Shown here piece after piece: positions 51,459-64,000 of a DNA stretch of 64,000 nt; the stretch's first letter is position 1; each line of letters begins with the position of its first letter. The notes below the pieces were generated by a model. It saw nothing but the letters and a program-made list of their open reading frames with translations. It searched no databases and was not told the DNA's origin. Origin of the DNA: Octopus sinensis (Eukaryota); NCBI RefSeq assembly GCF_006345805.1, contig NC_043014.1, forward strand, positions 2,170,001-2,234,000, in the 5' to 3' direction. The position numbers and the translations under genes are program-made.

Positions 51459-51857
51459 TCTTTTACTCTTTTACATATTTCAGTCATTTGACTGCGGCCA
51501 TGCTGGAGCACCACCTTTAGTCGAGCAAATCGACCCCGGAACTTATTCTTTGTAAGCCCAGTACTTATTCAATCGGTCTCTTTTGCCGAACCGCTAAGTG
51601 ACGGGGACGTAAACACACCAGCATCGGTTGTCAAGCAATGCTAGGGGGACAAACACAGACGCACACACACACGCACGCATATATATAAATACATATATAC
51701 GACAGGCTTCTTTCAGTTTCCGTCTACCAAATCCACTCACAAGGCATTGGTCGGCCAGAGGTTGTAGCAGAAGACACTTGCTTAAGATACCACGCAGTGG
51801 AACTGAACCCGGAACCATGTGGTTGGTTAGCAAGCTACTTACCACACAGCCACTCCT
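51457..51857 (-). mobile_element. SINE family A, full copy
   Basis: Family A consensus. Confidence 0.85.
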
Positions 51858-52381
51858 ATATATGTATAGGTTACAAGAGATAATGGTGTCATTGAGACCC
51901 AAAGGTGTCAGGTAATGCTGAATAAGTGCTATAGACAGATCATAGTTAAGTTCCAGGTTTGGTGATTATGCGAATAAGGGGTTCAGCGTGTGAATATAAG
52001 AATTTTTGCGTAGTGAGATAAAAATAACCAAGGCTGTATAGATATTAGAGCATTTATAGATAGGTCTATCTATAAATATAAATGTTCTATTATCTACACA
52101 GCCTTGGTTTTTTTTATCTCATAACGCAAAAATTTTTATACATATATGTGTGTGTATGTGTATGCATGTATATGTGTGTGCGTGTGTATAAGTGCAGGCG
52201 TGGTTGTGTGGTTAGAAGTTTGCTTCTCTACCACACAGTTCTGGGTTCAGTCCCACTACGTGACACATTGGGCAAATGTCTACTATAACCTTGGGCCGAC
52301 CAAACCTTTGTAAGTGGATTTGGTAGGCAGAAACTTAAGAAGCACGTCAATTAACTGAAACAAATCAGAGATGAAAGATGT

Positions 52382-52422
<41 letters not shown>

Positions 52423-52758
52423 TGCGCATGTGTGTGTGTGGGGGGTATGGGTGTGTGTGTGTGGGTATGGGTGTGTGTGTGTGGGTGGGTATGTGGGTGT
52501 ATGTGTGTTAGATATGAGACCGCAACTGAACTTCTTCCAAGGGTGAAGACTAGTTCACTCCTCGCTGCCTTACTCTGGCGAAGCGAACAGGCTAAGGGTC
52601 GAAACGCTTGTGACCCTGAGATACCGGCTGACGATATGGAAGGGTTCCCAGCATTGCACTGGACTTAGAAGAGCGTGAAAAACCTCTGAAAAGTTCCTGC
52701 AGTCACTGCTTGGGGCAAAACATCTCTGATGTTTATTTCACACACACACACACACACA

Positions 52759-52808
<50 letters not shown>

Positions 52809-53039
52809 ACACACACACGTATATATGTACATACATTCATATTTATGTGTGTGAGCATATATATATATGCATATGTATATGTGTTTGTATATATATATAT
52901 GTATGTGTATATATGTATATGTGTGTGTCTGTGTATACATATTCATACACACACTTGTACACACACACAAACACTCACAAACAAAATCTGTTGTTTTCCT
53001 GGCATGTCTTGCAAGTGCTACCAATTAAAAGCTCCGTAT

Positions 53040-53410
53040 ACCGGAAGCTAGCAAGTGTATGGGGTCATCAGGAGAGAATGCGCGCCGTTTCGGGGCCTAC
53101 CTCTCGACGGCATCAATGCACACCGCCCCGACCCCCACTGATATGAGGCCCCGCTTGCTAGATCAGCTGGTTATGAAGAACTCAATATCCTTCTAGCCAT
53201 CGCTCATTGTCTCTTTTTAACCAAATCCAGTGGCTAGCCTTCTCCACTGTAGATTGGATATCAGTCATGGTGGTATTGACTTTACGATGAGTTAAGCCTA
53301 TCGATAGCAACAGTCGTCTCACGCTGTGTCCAACAAACCCTCTACATCCGACTTCGATAGGAAAATGTTCCGCTGGTCCACACTTTCCTTTCTCTAGTCG
53401 GATATTCTCT
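53040..53410 (-). mobile_element. 3' end of a HERO-like (R2-group, REL) non-LTR retrotransposon
   Basis: FPIEVGCRGFVGHSVRRLLLSIGL...VEKASHWIWLKR then stop; differs from the R4-type C-termini elsewhere in the window. Confidence 0.7.
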
Positions 53411-53452
53411 TTTATTCCAAATGTAAATAAGAAACACAGACAGATAGATAGG

Positions 53453-53529
<77 letters not shown>

Positions 53530-53869
53530 GGATAGATAGATGGATAGATAGATAGACAGATAGATAGGGATAAGTGAGGGGAGAGAGAGAGGTGAGAGAG
53601 AGAGAGAGAGAGAAGTGTAGAAAGAGAGAATGAAACTAACACAATAGAAGTCTGTAAAAGGACGACGTCGACGACGAGGAGGAGGAGGCGGAAGAGGAGG
53701 CAGTGACTTCGTGTCAGTATTCGATTGTACGTCAGCAAAACGCTGCCAAATCATTAACGGACATAATGAGAGAAAACAAAAGCAGAGACATAGAAACACA
53801 ATTGTGAACGACAAAACGAAAAACAGCGATAATTAAAACCAGTTTTTCGCTTGGAGAAATTTGTCGACG

Positions 53870-54868
53870 ATGTGTCCAAAGCAGAAAAAAACCCAGGCCA
53901 ACAGGAAATATGCGATCGTTTACATCTATATCATCCTATGCCTTATTCTATTGATCTACAGTATCGTCATCATTGCGGTTAGTGTGAATCTACTCCTTGT
54001 ATCTCTTGATAAATTCGAACCCTTGTTTCGTAACAGTGACCCGCAGCCGCCGCTCTCTCTTGTACAAACAGCTAGCTTTATTATAGGATTTAATTTCGTG
54101 AATAGCTGTCTTTTACTCTGGGGGTTTTCAGTGATACCGAAAACTTCGAATTTGGATTCAAACAAGAAAAAGACGAAGCAGTATTTCGTTTTCGTTTTAC
54201 TCTGCCTCACGTTCAGCCTTGGATATTTGGCGATTTTCGTGGTCTGTATCATTCATCGCTTGTACATCATGGAAAATACCGGCAGTATTCTTGTATACGC
54301 CATGAAGCATTATAGTGTGGATTCTTCTATGAAAAATACCCTCGATAAATTGCAGATATACTACAGCTGTTGTGGGGATGTAGGATATTCCGACTGGATT
54401 TTATTATCTCATCGGACCCAGAACACCTACAAAAAGAAAGTTATTATCCCACCATTTAGTTGCTGTTCCAACCGTGACATTGACGTGTGTAGTAAAAATG
54501 CTTTCTCGAAAACTTTGACTAAAATGATAAATGAAAATATGGTTTGGAATATAAATGGCTGTAGCGAAATAATACGAAACGCTTTTGGAAATTGGCAGTT
54601 ATTCTTGATCGGCATCACATCTTTGATGGCTTTCTTTCTTCAAGTTGTGGCCAATGTTATTGGTTTAATGATCTATTGCAATGCGGAGAACCAGCCACCG
54701 GCACTGGATTGCAACCTTGAGATGGAGATTTTGTCGAGCGAAGATGATGACAGGAATAACTTTGTCCACAGAACAATCAGTGAACGACGATACGACTGGA
54801 AAAATAATTGCTACGATGAGTCCAACGTTTTAGGATACTGTTCCATTCTGAGCACACCACCCGAATAA
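53870..54868 (+). CDS. Single-exon tetraspanin, peripherin-2/ROM1 (RDS)-like, 332 aa
   Basis: Uninterrupted ORF with 4 hydrophobic segments; large loop has MKNTLDKLQIYYSCCG (compare PRPH2 MKKTIDMLQIEFKCCG), PFSCC, a further C and GC, giving 6 Cys. Confidence 0.85.
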   Translation: MCPKQKKTQANRKYAIVYIYIILCLILLIYSIVIIAVSVNLLLVSLDKFEPLFRNSDPQPPLSLVQTASFIIGFNFVNSCLLLWGFSVIPKTSNLDSNKKKTKQYFVFVLLCLTFSLGYLAIFVVCIIHRLYIMENTGSILVYAMKHYSVDSSMKNTLDKLQIYYSCCGDVGYSDWILLSHRTQNTYKKKVIIPPFSCCSNRDIDVCSKNAFSKTLTKMINENMVWNINGCSEIIRNAFGNWQLFLIGITSLMAFFLQVVANVIGLMIYCNAENQPPALDCNLEMEILSSEDDDRNNFVHRTISERRYDWKNNCYDESNVLGYCSILSTPPE

Positions 54869-55045
54869 TTAGACACATTTAATTAGTTGTTAATTAGCAA
54901 ATAATGTAACTGACTAAAAAAACAACAACAACAAACTATTGCTTTTATACAAATTATTACAACATTTGGAAATATGTTGCGAAAACTGGATTTAAATATT
55001 TTCATTATTTGGCAAGACAACAAAGATAACCGTGACGATGATGCT

Positions 55046-55101
<56 letters not shown>

Positions 55102-55369
55102 TATGAATGATTAATGATAATTAAGAATGATAATAATGAACTTCGTTTAAAAAAAAGAAAAAATGGAAAAGAAAAGCAGGAAATTAGACGGAATATTGGA
55201 ATATTGTCTCTTCTCTCAGTCCGACGGTTCCCTTTTTAATTATTTTGTTAATGATTAATACTTAATGAGAAAACGCTAAAATAATATAATGATTCGAATA
55301 TAAATGAAAAAAATAGCAAAGCATTTTTCAAAGCCTCTCCTCATTTCAATAAACACCAACAACATTGGT

Positions 55370-55930
55370 TTCAGATTTTGGCACAAGGCCAGCAATTCCG
55401 GGATTAGGATTAAGTCAGTTGCATCGACCTCAGTACTCAACTGGTACTTATTTTATCGACCGCGAAAGGATAAAAAACAAAGTCAACCTCGGCGGGGTTT
55501 GAACTCACAGCCGTAAAGACGGGCGAAAGACCGCAAAGCCTTTTGCTAACGTCTCTGCCAGCACCACGCTGCCGTCGATGCATCGCGGCATTTCTTCTGG
55601 GTTCAAATTTTGCCGAAGTAGGCTTTGCTTTTCAGCCTTTCGGGGTCGATGAAATAAGTACCTATTTCTTTACTACCCACAAGGGGCTAAACACAGAGAG
55701 GACAAACAAGGACAGACATAGGTATTAAGTCGATTACATCGACCCCAGTGCGTAACTGGTACTTGATTTATCGACCCCGAAAGGATGAAAGGCAAAGTCG
55801 ACCTCGGCGGAATTTGAACTCAGAACGTTGCGGCAGACGAAATACCACTAAGCATTTCGCCCGGCGTGCTAACGATTCTGCCAACTCACCGCCGATGAAA
55901 TAAGTACCAGTTACACACTGGAGTCGATCT
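55370..55930. mobile_element. SINE family B cluster, copies in both orientations
   Basis: Family B blocks with gtacc|tatttc junctions. Confidence 0.8.
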
Positions 55931-56179
55931 AATCGACTCATTCTGCCTATTGTAGAAAAGATTGTTGACATTGTTGTTTAGGTAGCGATTTGGCTGAAAC
56001 GTTAGAGTACCGGACAAAATACTGAACGGTAATTCTTCCAGCTGTATGTACCGAGTTCCAGCTCTGCCAAGGCCGTCTCTGCCTTTCACCCATTCGAAGG
56101 CGACCAAATAATTACCTGTCAAATAATGGAATCACCCTGAAAAATTTCAGGCCACGTGATTATAGAAGAAATTATTATT

Positions 56180-56435
56180 ATTATTCAATAGTTTTATTTT
56201 TATAGCGTGCTTTCACGTCACTACCGAGCGCAGCTCTGTGTGCCTTGGGTATGTGCTGTGGTTTGTTGCGATGCTCCGATGGTTACTGTATTGAGAGTGT
56301 TTTGTGTAGGATGTGTGCAGTGCTCAGTAGTGCAATTTTCTGTATGTTATATATGTTTGTAAGTCCTGGTGTTTTTGTTATGTATTTGTCTGAATATTTT
56401 TTATCATACCTAATGCGCCTATTATTACTATATTT

Positions 56436-56498
<63 letters not shown>

Positions 56499-56680
56499 TT
56501 CTTCTTTCAAATTTGCTTCCATTTCTTGCCGAGTGTCTTCCCGACTCCTAGGGCAAAGAAACTCATAGTATACATTGGTAGGCCATTAAACTAAACTCAA
56601 TAGTTCGTTCATTTTTTTTTTTAAAGTTAAATTAAAATACATGGGTAGTAATAGTTCTCACATCGACAATGCTCTTCTCA
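56180..56680 (-). mobile_element. Two R4/Dong-like 3' ends separated by (AAT)n
   Basis: 56180-56410 matches the 3' end of 27463-28121 (NIQKIALLSTAHILHKTLSIQ); 56500-56680 is the reverse complement of the 29740-29920 3' UTR. Confidence 0.8.
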
Positions 56681-56707
56681 TCATCATTATTATTATTATT
56701 ATTATAC

Positions 56708-56782
<75 letters not shown>

Positions 56783-57819
56783 GGAAGCGGTGGGTTTTAA
56801 TATAAAAAATAAAACACTTTGCGGATTTTCTTCCGGTTCTTTCGTTCTGAGTTCAAATACCTTCGAAGTCAATTAATAGTGCCATTCCTTTTTTTCGGGA
56901 TCGATAAAATAAAATACCTGCGAATGACTAAAATCAATAATATCAACAAGTACTCCTCTGTTCAAAATTGCTGGTCTTTGCCAAAATCGAACCTTTGTTG
57001 TGCCTTTTAAGTTTTGTGTGAATTTCTACAGCACCAACTGATGTTTCCCGATGTTGGTTGGATGTTGTTCTATCTAAGTGTTACCTGGGTTGTATTATAC
57101 TGTTGCCAAAGGGGTGTCTTTTTTCTCTTTTTCTTGCTTCTGTCATTGCACTAAGGCCAAGCTGGGGCACTGCCTTGAAGGGTTTTAATAGAAAAAATCA
57201 ATTCCAGAACTTGTTTAAATCTGCTAATTAATCTATCGAACTCTATTGTCTAACCGACAAGTTATAGGGGCGTGAACAAACCAACACCGGTTGTAAAGTA
57301 GAGATGGTGAGTAAATACAAACACACACGCACACATACACACCCATCTATATATATTTATCCGCTGTACTTATTTCAGTTTCCGTCATCAAAATTCCTTC
57401 ACAAGGTATTGGTCGGCTCGAGGAGGTTATAGGAGAAGACACTCACCTAAGTTGCCATGCAGTGAGTTTGAACCCGAAACCACGTAGTTACTAAGTGTGC
57501 TTCTAAACCTGTGCCCCTGTTGTGAGACATCGTGGACTTTAAATTCCAAAACAGGATAATTTAATGCAAAATAAATTGACTGACTTTGTAAAAAGATGCA
57601 TATTGGGTTCAAATTTTGGCCGAAAGACAGAGATTTCCAGGGAGGGGTCGAGTCGAATACACCGACCTCAGTGCTCAACTGGTGCTTATTTTATCGACCT
57701 TGGAAGGCAAAGTTGACCTCGGGGGAATTTGAACTTACAACATAAAGACGGAGGAGATGCCGCTGAGCTTTTTGTCCGACCTGCTAACGATTCTGCCAGC
57801 TCGCCGCCTTACATTCGAA

Positions 57820-57907
<88 letters not shown>

Positions 57908-57911
<4 letters not shown>

Positions 57912-59178
57912 GGATGCGGTGAATAAACTGTCGTCTAAATTATGCAAAAATGAAAATAACACTGATATCTCGGTTTTAATAGATGTTGTCACCAAAATTC
58001 CATAAAAAATATCTTGAAATACCAAAGAATAAATTTATTTAATAAAATGGTCCTTGGCTTCAACCACAGCCTTCAGATGACTTCGGTTTCTCCTGCAACT
58101 CTTCTGGACGGTCTCCTCATTTAGTGGTGAATGTTGCCATAATCTTTGAGTTTTGTTGATCTTTCGCTCAACTGCGCCCTATACATAATAATCAAAGAGA
58201 TTGCAAGTCTGGGGAGTTAGGTGGCCAGATGTTAGGGGTGATGTGGTCGCAGAATTTGCCTAACAGCCATGACAGGGTTCTCCTGCTTGTGTGGTATGGT
58301 GCAGAGTCGTCCTGTTGCCAGACACAAGGTCTTCCAGCAGCCACCCTCTTGACCCAGGACAGCACTACCTCCCCCAGCTACTTCATGTCGGCATCCGTGT
58401 TGAGTGTGAGGTTGTGTGGGAAGATGAATGGAGGCATAACGTCGCCATCACTAATGATCACTCCAAACACCATGATGTTGACTGGATGTTTGATTTTTTA
58501 TGTTTTAGGGACACGGCAAGCCAACAGTTGTTCCGTGTGTTCGCCATCTGATCTTGACGGAATTTTTTCTCGTTTGAGAAAAACCAAAACATGTTCGGTT
58601 GGAGGGGATGCTTGAGTTTGGTCAAAAGCTTCGTAGTGCGGTCTTTTCTCTTGTTCTTGGTGGCTTGGGATAAAAATTGGCCCTTTCTCATCTTGTATGG
58701 GAAATACCGAATGTCTTCATGTACTACCTGCCTGATAGGAAACTCAGACAATCCCATGTCCCTGGCGATGGACCTGACTGACTTGGAGGGATCGTTGTTA
58801 ATCATGACTTGGATCTCACCAACAAATTCAGGAGCTCTTTTCTTATCCGAACGACCAGAGTGAGTTTTCCGAGCTGTCGTGCCTTCGTAATCACCATTAG
58901 ACTCATCCAACTCTTTCCGAACCCTCTGCGCTGTCCTAAGTTTGACACCTAAACACTCTTAACTATTCGTATTGGAGCTTCCGGCCGAATGCCAAGCAGT
59001 ACAGCATGTCATTTCCAAATTTCTGGCAGATTAAACTGCGTCATTATACTGTTTTTCTCACAGATGGTGCCCAACTGCCCCTACTATACCGTGCAGTCGA
59101 CAACATCAAAAACAAACAATGCGCATGCACGAAATTAAAAATATAAAATAACGACAATTTATCTATCGCCCCTTGTAC
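57908..59178 (-). mobile_element. Tc1/mariner (maT/DD37D-like) DNA transposon, frameshifted
   Basis: DPSKSVRSIARDM (HTH), WFFSNEKKF, MVFGVIISDGDVMPPFIF, WQQDDSAP, WPPNSPD; degenerate ~25-bp TIRs (TA.AGG.TGCG..AATAAA.TGTCGT). Confidence 0.82.
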
Positions 59179-59949
59179 ACACACACACACACACACATAT
59201 TTAAAAATGTTACGAGGAAAGAAAGTCTCGTGTAAAAGGAGCGCAATAAATTGCAATTGTGTAAAAAAAAAAAAACGGAGAGTCACAGCTGGAATGTCTT
59301 TTAAAACGTCGAGCATTTCCAAAAAACGTCAGTGTGTCGTCCGACGTTCGAAAATTTTTTAAAGTGTACATAAAAATTAATTTTATTTCATCAACCTTTT
59401 CCATAAACCTGATGCCTAAAGCCTAAATGTGTGGATTCGTAGGATTTTGAGGGTGAGATTCGATCAAATCGCATTAAAAAAAAACATAGGAAAGCATAAA
59501 TTTCACCTTCAAAGTGAAACGGATGTGAAATAGTGAAACATGAATGCATATTTTTGCATGCGTAAAAGAAACAAGTTATTTTCTATTTTGAAAATGTTCT
59601 TCCCTTCAGCTTCCGTTCCAACTTTTCTGCTCTATTTATTTTATTTCTTCTTTAGATTTGGGAAGGAGAGGATAATTAGTTAATTTTTATTAAAAAAAAA
59701 AACTGTTTTAGTAATCACCAGGAAATATGTAACATATTTCTTTCCTGTTCTTTTCGCCTACCCCTCTGCTTTCTCCCCCATTTTTTTCTATGCATTTAAT
59801 GTAAATATGTATGGATGTATACACATATACGTGTGTATTAGCATGAATGTCATGTCATGTATAGATCAGTATAGGTTGACTAATGCATGTAAACCGAATA
59901 ATATGTTTGTATGTCTATATAGGGGTATATATTCTTTAATTACAGACCA

Positions 59950-60600
59950 AACATCTGGAATTGTTCTTACATCTTTCTCAGTTTCATTTAATGCTTTTAT
60001 CAGTTATTTCTCATTTAGCCGTATCCTTCAGGCTTCGGCAAACCCAGCTCCTAATAAGCGACGCTAAAGCAGTCACTTAAGTAACCATATAGCCCTGTAT
60101 TTTACAGGTATAAACCCAGACCTAAAGTCCGGTTTTGTAGTAACAGATCTTTCATTAATTAACATAGATATATTCTTCCACACCAACCTTTAGTATTATG
60201 TTAACATCTACTGCGCAATTTTTAACTTTGTTAACATCTACTGGGTAACCGATTTCCACTGCCGTACATCGCTTTCCCCTTAGTCTCAGATCACAATATC
60301 TGCTTTGTTATACCTGTATTCTACGCGAATATTTATGCTAAGAAAGGAAAATGCTATTGCAAGAAGTTTTATCTGTGTTCTTATAAGTGTTGGAATCTAA
60401 TTCGGTGTTATTCTGTGGAGATTCCTTTCAGTTTTCAACCTCTTTCTGTATGTCTGTTACGACTGGTGTGTTTTCCACGCGGCTGGTTTATATAATACGC
60501 ACTTTGTTCTATATTGCGGCCAAGTAAAATGCCGATAACATGAGCCTTAAGGGAGCACCCATGATTATTCCATCCTGTTTATCTAATTTACCTTGTAGAC
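59950..60600 (-). mobile_element. Highly degraded R4-like REL fragment
   Basis: YNKADIVI.D...TAVEIGYPVDVN in broken frames. Confidence 0.4.
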
Positions 60601-60626
60601 AGCTAAAGATTCTATTCTACAGCACA

Positions 60627-61039
60627 CTCTCTTTACTCTTTTCTCTTTTACTTGTTTCAGTCATTTGACTGCGGCCATGCTGGAGCACCACCTTCAGTCG
60701 AGCAAATCGACCCCGGGACTTATTCTTTGTAAGCCCAGTACTTATTCTATCGGTCTCTTTTGCCGAACCGCTAAGTGACGGGGACGTAAACACACCAGCA
60801 TCGGTTGTCAAGCAATGCTAGGGGGACAAACACAGACACACAAACACACACGCACATACATATATATACATATAAACGACGGGCTTCTTTCAGTTTCCGT
60901 CTACCAAATCCACTCACGAGGCATTGGTCGGCCCGGGGCTATAGCAGAAGACACTTGCCCAAGATGCCACGCAGTGGGACTGAACCCGGAACCATGTGGT
61001 TGGTTAGCAAGCTACTTACCACACAGCCACTCCTGCGCC
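60627..61039 (-). mobile_element. SINE family A, full copy
   Basis: Family A consensus. Confidence 0.88.
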
Positions 61040-61523
61040 TACACTAGTAATTTCTTCAGTAAATTAACAGGTATATCTGTGGTGGTTTAATTATTATTTA
61101 CCTCCACACATCACTTGACCTCTGACTCCCATTATTTCTCCCACAGGTTCTTTGGTCAAAGATTTTTATACTTCTACGGTGGAAAGGTTACCTACTTCGT
61201 TGATTTCTTCTACGCTCTCTACGACCCCTTCGGATGGCCGTATACTCTAACCCTCCGGCGTATTTCTTTGATAATTTAGTCTCATTGTTCAAGGATCTTG
61301 TATATTGCTGTATTTGGGATATTTAGGATCAGCAGGGGTTCTTTGATCCGTCTATATTGTTCCATCGGTACATACGGTGTGAGGATGGAAAATTCTTCCA
61401 TGTTGAAGAAATAAAGTATTCTTACTTATGTACTTCTCCTAATTAATAGATTTAGTTTAATTTTCTAATTGGGTGATATCTTGCTGATATCACCCAATCA
61501 TTAATAAGTTTTTTTGTCGCAGA

Positions 61524-61738
61524 AGGCGGCGAGATGACAGAATGGTTAGCACGCCGGGCGAAATGCGTAGCCGTATTTCGTCTGCCGTTACGTTCTGAGT
61601 TCAAATTCCGCCGAGGTCGAATTGTCGATTAAATAAGTACTAGTTACGCACTGGGGTCGATTTAATCGACTTAATCCGTTTGTCTATCCTTGTTTGTCCT
61701 CTATGTGTTTAGCCCCTTGTGGGTAGTAAAAGAATAGG
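61524..61738 (+). mobile_element. SINE family B monomer with TSD
   Basis: TSD tttttgtcgcaga at 61511-61523 and 61739-61751. Confidence 0.88.
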
Positions 61739-62229
61739 TTTTTGTCGCAGAGTAAATTGTTGAATTGTCATCTTCACCCCCACCACAATCATTCTCATCC
61801 CCATTATCGTCATCGTCACCCCTTATTCCTCCTCCTCCTCCCTTCTCCTGCAATATATTAATCATTTATCCATGATTACCAATGTAATATTTTCCTCACT
61901 CATACATATTGCAATGTTACCGATATGTTTTCTTTTACGCCGAGCTTAAGTTTTACGTTGACTATTTATCAATCGTGGTGTTGGTATCGATTTAATTTGA
62001 TATTGCTTTTAAGAGTTCTCTATTTCCAGATTCTATCGACTGTTTTTCAGGCTGATCCCGCTGTGCCGAGACGTGCTCTTATTTCATGGCTTCGTTCCTT
62101 TGATTTTTCAATTATATCACACAGAACTGTTCTATGATAACCCCTTCACCCTGGATACCGAATCACTCAGGTGGTTTGTCTTTTCATGCTTTCTATGTAT
62201 TGATTTCCATATAGTGTTCACTCGATACC

Positions 62230-62400
62230 TTGTATTTGTCCCGTTGTCTCTGTAGCGCGTATGGGGACTTTATGATAAGAGGCGTATAATCAAAAAACCG
62301 TAGATTGTTGACGGTCTTTCCGTCGATGGAAATTTCGAGCCCGATAAATTTGGCAGCTGACTCGTTCATTCCATCTTCAGTTGTCGCTTGTCTATCTACT
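62230..62400 (-). mobile_element. Degraded RTE-type RT fragment
   Basis: GLEISIDGKTVNNLRFFDYTPLI resembles the INNLRYADD motif. Confidence 0.4.
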
Positions 62401-62714
62401 CATTTCGAGCATTGAACTACAATATGAGTCTTGGAAGACAGTTGCTCCTATAAGTACCAAAATAAAATTTGGGATTTATGAAGGGTCAAAGCTGGGAACT
62501 AAAACAGAACAGAGTAAAAATACAAGGAAACGGAACGAAGACAAACATGGAGGGTCGTTAGACCAGAATGAGGGTAAAATAGCGAACGCTGGAGAAATAT
62601 TTTCTTTGGAGAAGAGATAGAAGAGAGAGGTAGAATACGTCCAGTCTTTAGAACAGTCCTGAAGGAAAAGAAAGATGATCACGTGAGGAAAAGAAAGATG
62701 GACGATGGTCATAT

Positions 62715-62756
<42 letters not shown>

Positions 62757-62764
62757 ATATATAT

Positions 62765-62953
62765 TACTCTTTTACTTGTTTCAGTCATTTGACTGCGGCC
62801 ATGCTGGAGCACCGCCTTTAGTCGAGCAAATCGACCCCGGGACTTATTCTTTGTAAGCCCAGTACTTATTCTATCGGTCTCTTTTGCCGAACCGCTAAGT
62901 GACGGGGACGTAAACACACCAGCATCGGTTGTCAAGCAATGCTAGGGGGACAA

Positions 62954-62988
<35 letters not shown>

Positions 62989-63148
62989 CATATATACGAC
63001 AGGCTTCTTTCAGTTTCCGACTACCAAATCCACTCACAAGGCATTGGTCGGCCCGGGGCTATAGCAGAAGACACTTGCCCAAGATGCCACGCAGTGGGAC
63101 TGAACCCGGAACCATGTGGCTGGTTAGCAAGCTACTTACCACACAGCC

Positions 63149-63150
<2 letters not shown>
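62765..63150 (-). mobile_element. SINE family A, full copy, followed by (TATG)n to ~63390
   Basis: Family A consensus; another family A head starts at ~63963 (+). Confidence 0.88.
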
Positions 63151-63183
<33 letters not shown>

Positions 63184-63711
63184 TGTATGTATGTATGTAT
63201 GTATGTATGTATGTATGTGTGTATGTGTATGTATGTATGTGTGTATGTGTGTATGTATGTATGTATGTATGTATGTATGTATGTATGTATGTATGTATGT
63301 ATGTATGTGTGTATGTGTGTATGTATGTATGTATGTATGTATATATATGTATGTATGTATGTATGCATGTGTGCATGTATGTATATATAAAAACTTTACA
63401 CAAACGATCGTGTCACTCAACTGGAATCCTTCCAACGGATCGCCAGAGACGTCGGCTTGCAGAGGGCACCGGAGGATCTTGTGCTAAGAACTACAGGAAC
63501 CGAACTCACCTGATACGTAGATTAGTAAACCTACTTGCTCTCGATACCAACTGCCATTCCTTTTGCAGGTTATCCGAAACATATTCATTCGGATTCTCAC
63601 CCCCCTTACTCTCTCTCACCCCCTTCTTTTCTCTCTTTAATTTTCATAATATATTCTTCACCCTTCTGTGTTGTAGCACTACACTTAACATATATGAATA
63701 TATATACATAC

Positions 63712-63767
<56 letters not shown>

Positions 63768-63780
63768 TATATATATACAT

Positions 63781-63821
<41 letters not shown>

Positions 63822-64000
63822 TGTGTGTGTGTATGTATGTATATATATATGTATACATATATATATATATATGTATATGTGTATAAATATATATGTTTAT
63901 ATCTGTGTGTGTGTATATATATATATTACGTATAAAATGTATATATATACGCCTATATTCATAGGCGTAGGAGTGGCTGTGTGGTAAGTAGCTTGCTTAC

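Noticed and set aside
53050-53105. GAAAC and CTGATGA in the HERO-like 3' UTR
   Set aside because: The stem II strands (GGCCCC and CCCC) cannot pair, so no hammerhead topology is possible.

Overview
AT-rich, microsatellite-dense eukaryotic DNA. The repeat families resemble those of octopod cephalopods; this is an inference from pattern recognition, not a database result. Splicing by hand gives a cluster of three SLC16/monocarboxylate-transporter (MFS) paralogues with the same intron phases. Paralogue A (+) has only its last three exons in the window (936-8085). Paralogue B (-) is complete: 8 coding exons, 22870-9762, 489 aa, plus a candidate 21-nt microexon. Paralogue C (-) has 8 exons (42987-27248) and a 4-nt frameshift in its TM7-TM10 exon. 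All three lack the TM8 arginine that binds carboxylate in canonical MCTs (N, E and Q instead). A single-exon peripherin-2/ROM1-like tetraspanin lies at 53870-54868 (+). The rest is repeats: three tRNA-derived SINE families, stacks of R4/Dong-like LINE 3' ends inside (AAT)n tracts, and remnants of Penelope-like, RTE, HERO-like, Tc1/mariner, Merlin and Helitron elements. There are also several fold-back hairpins, degenerate minimal hammerhead-ribozyme motifs (including a ~322-bp tandem dimer) and a near-identical 1.22-kb tandem duplication. Most ORFs in the supplied track are microsatellite or SINE artefacts.
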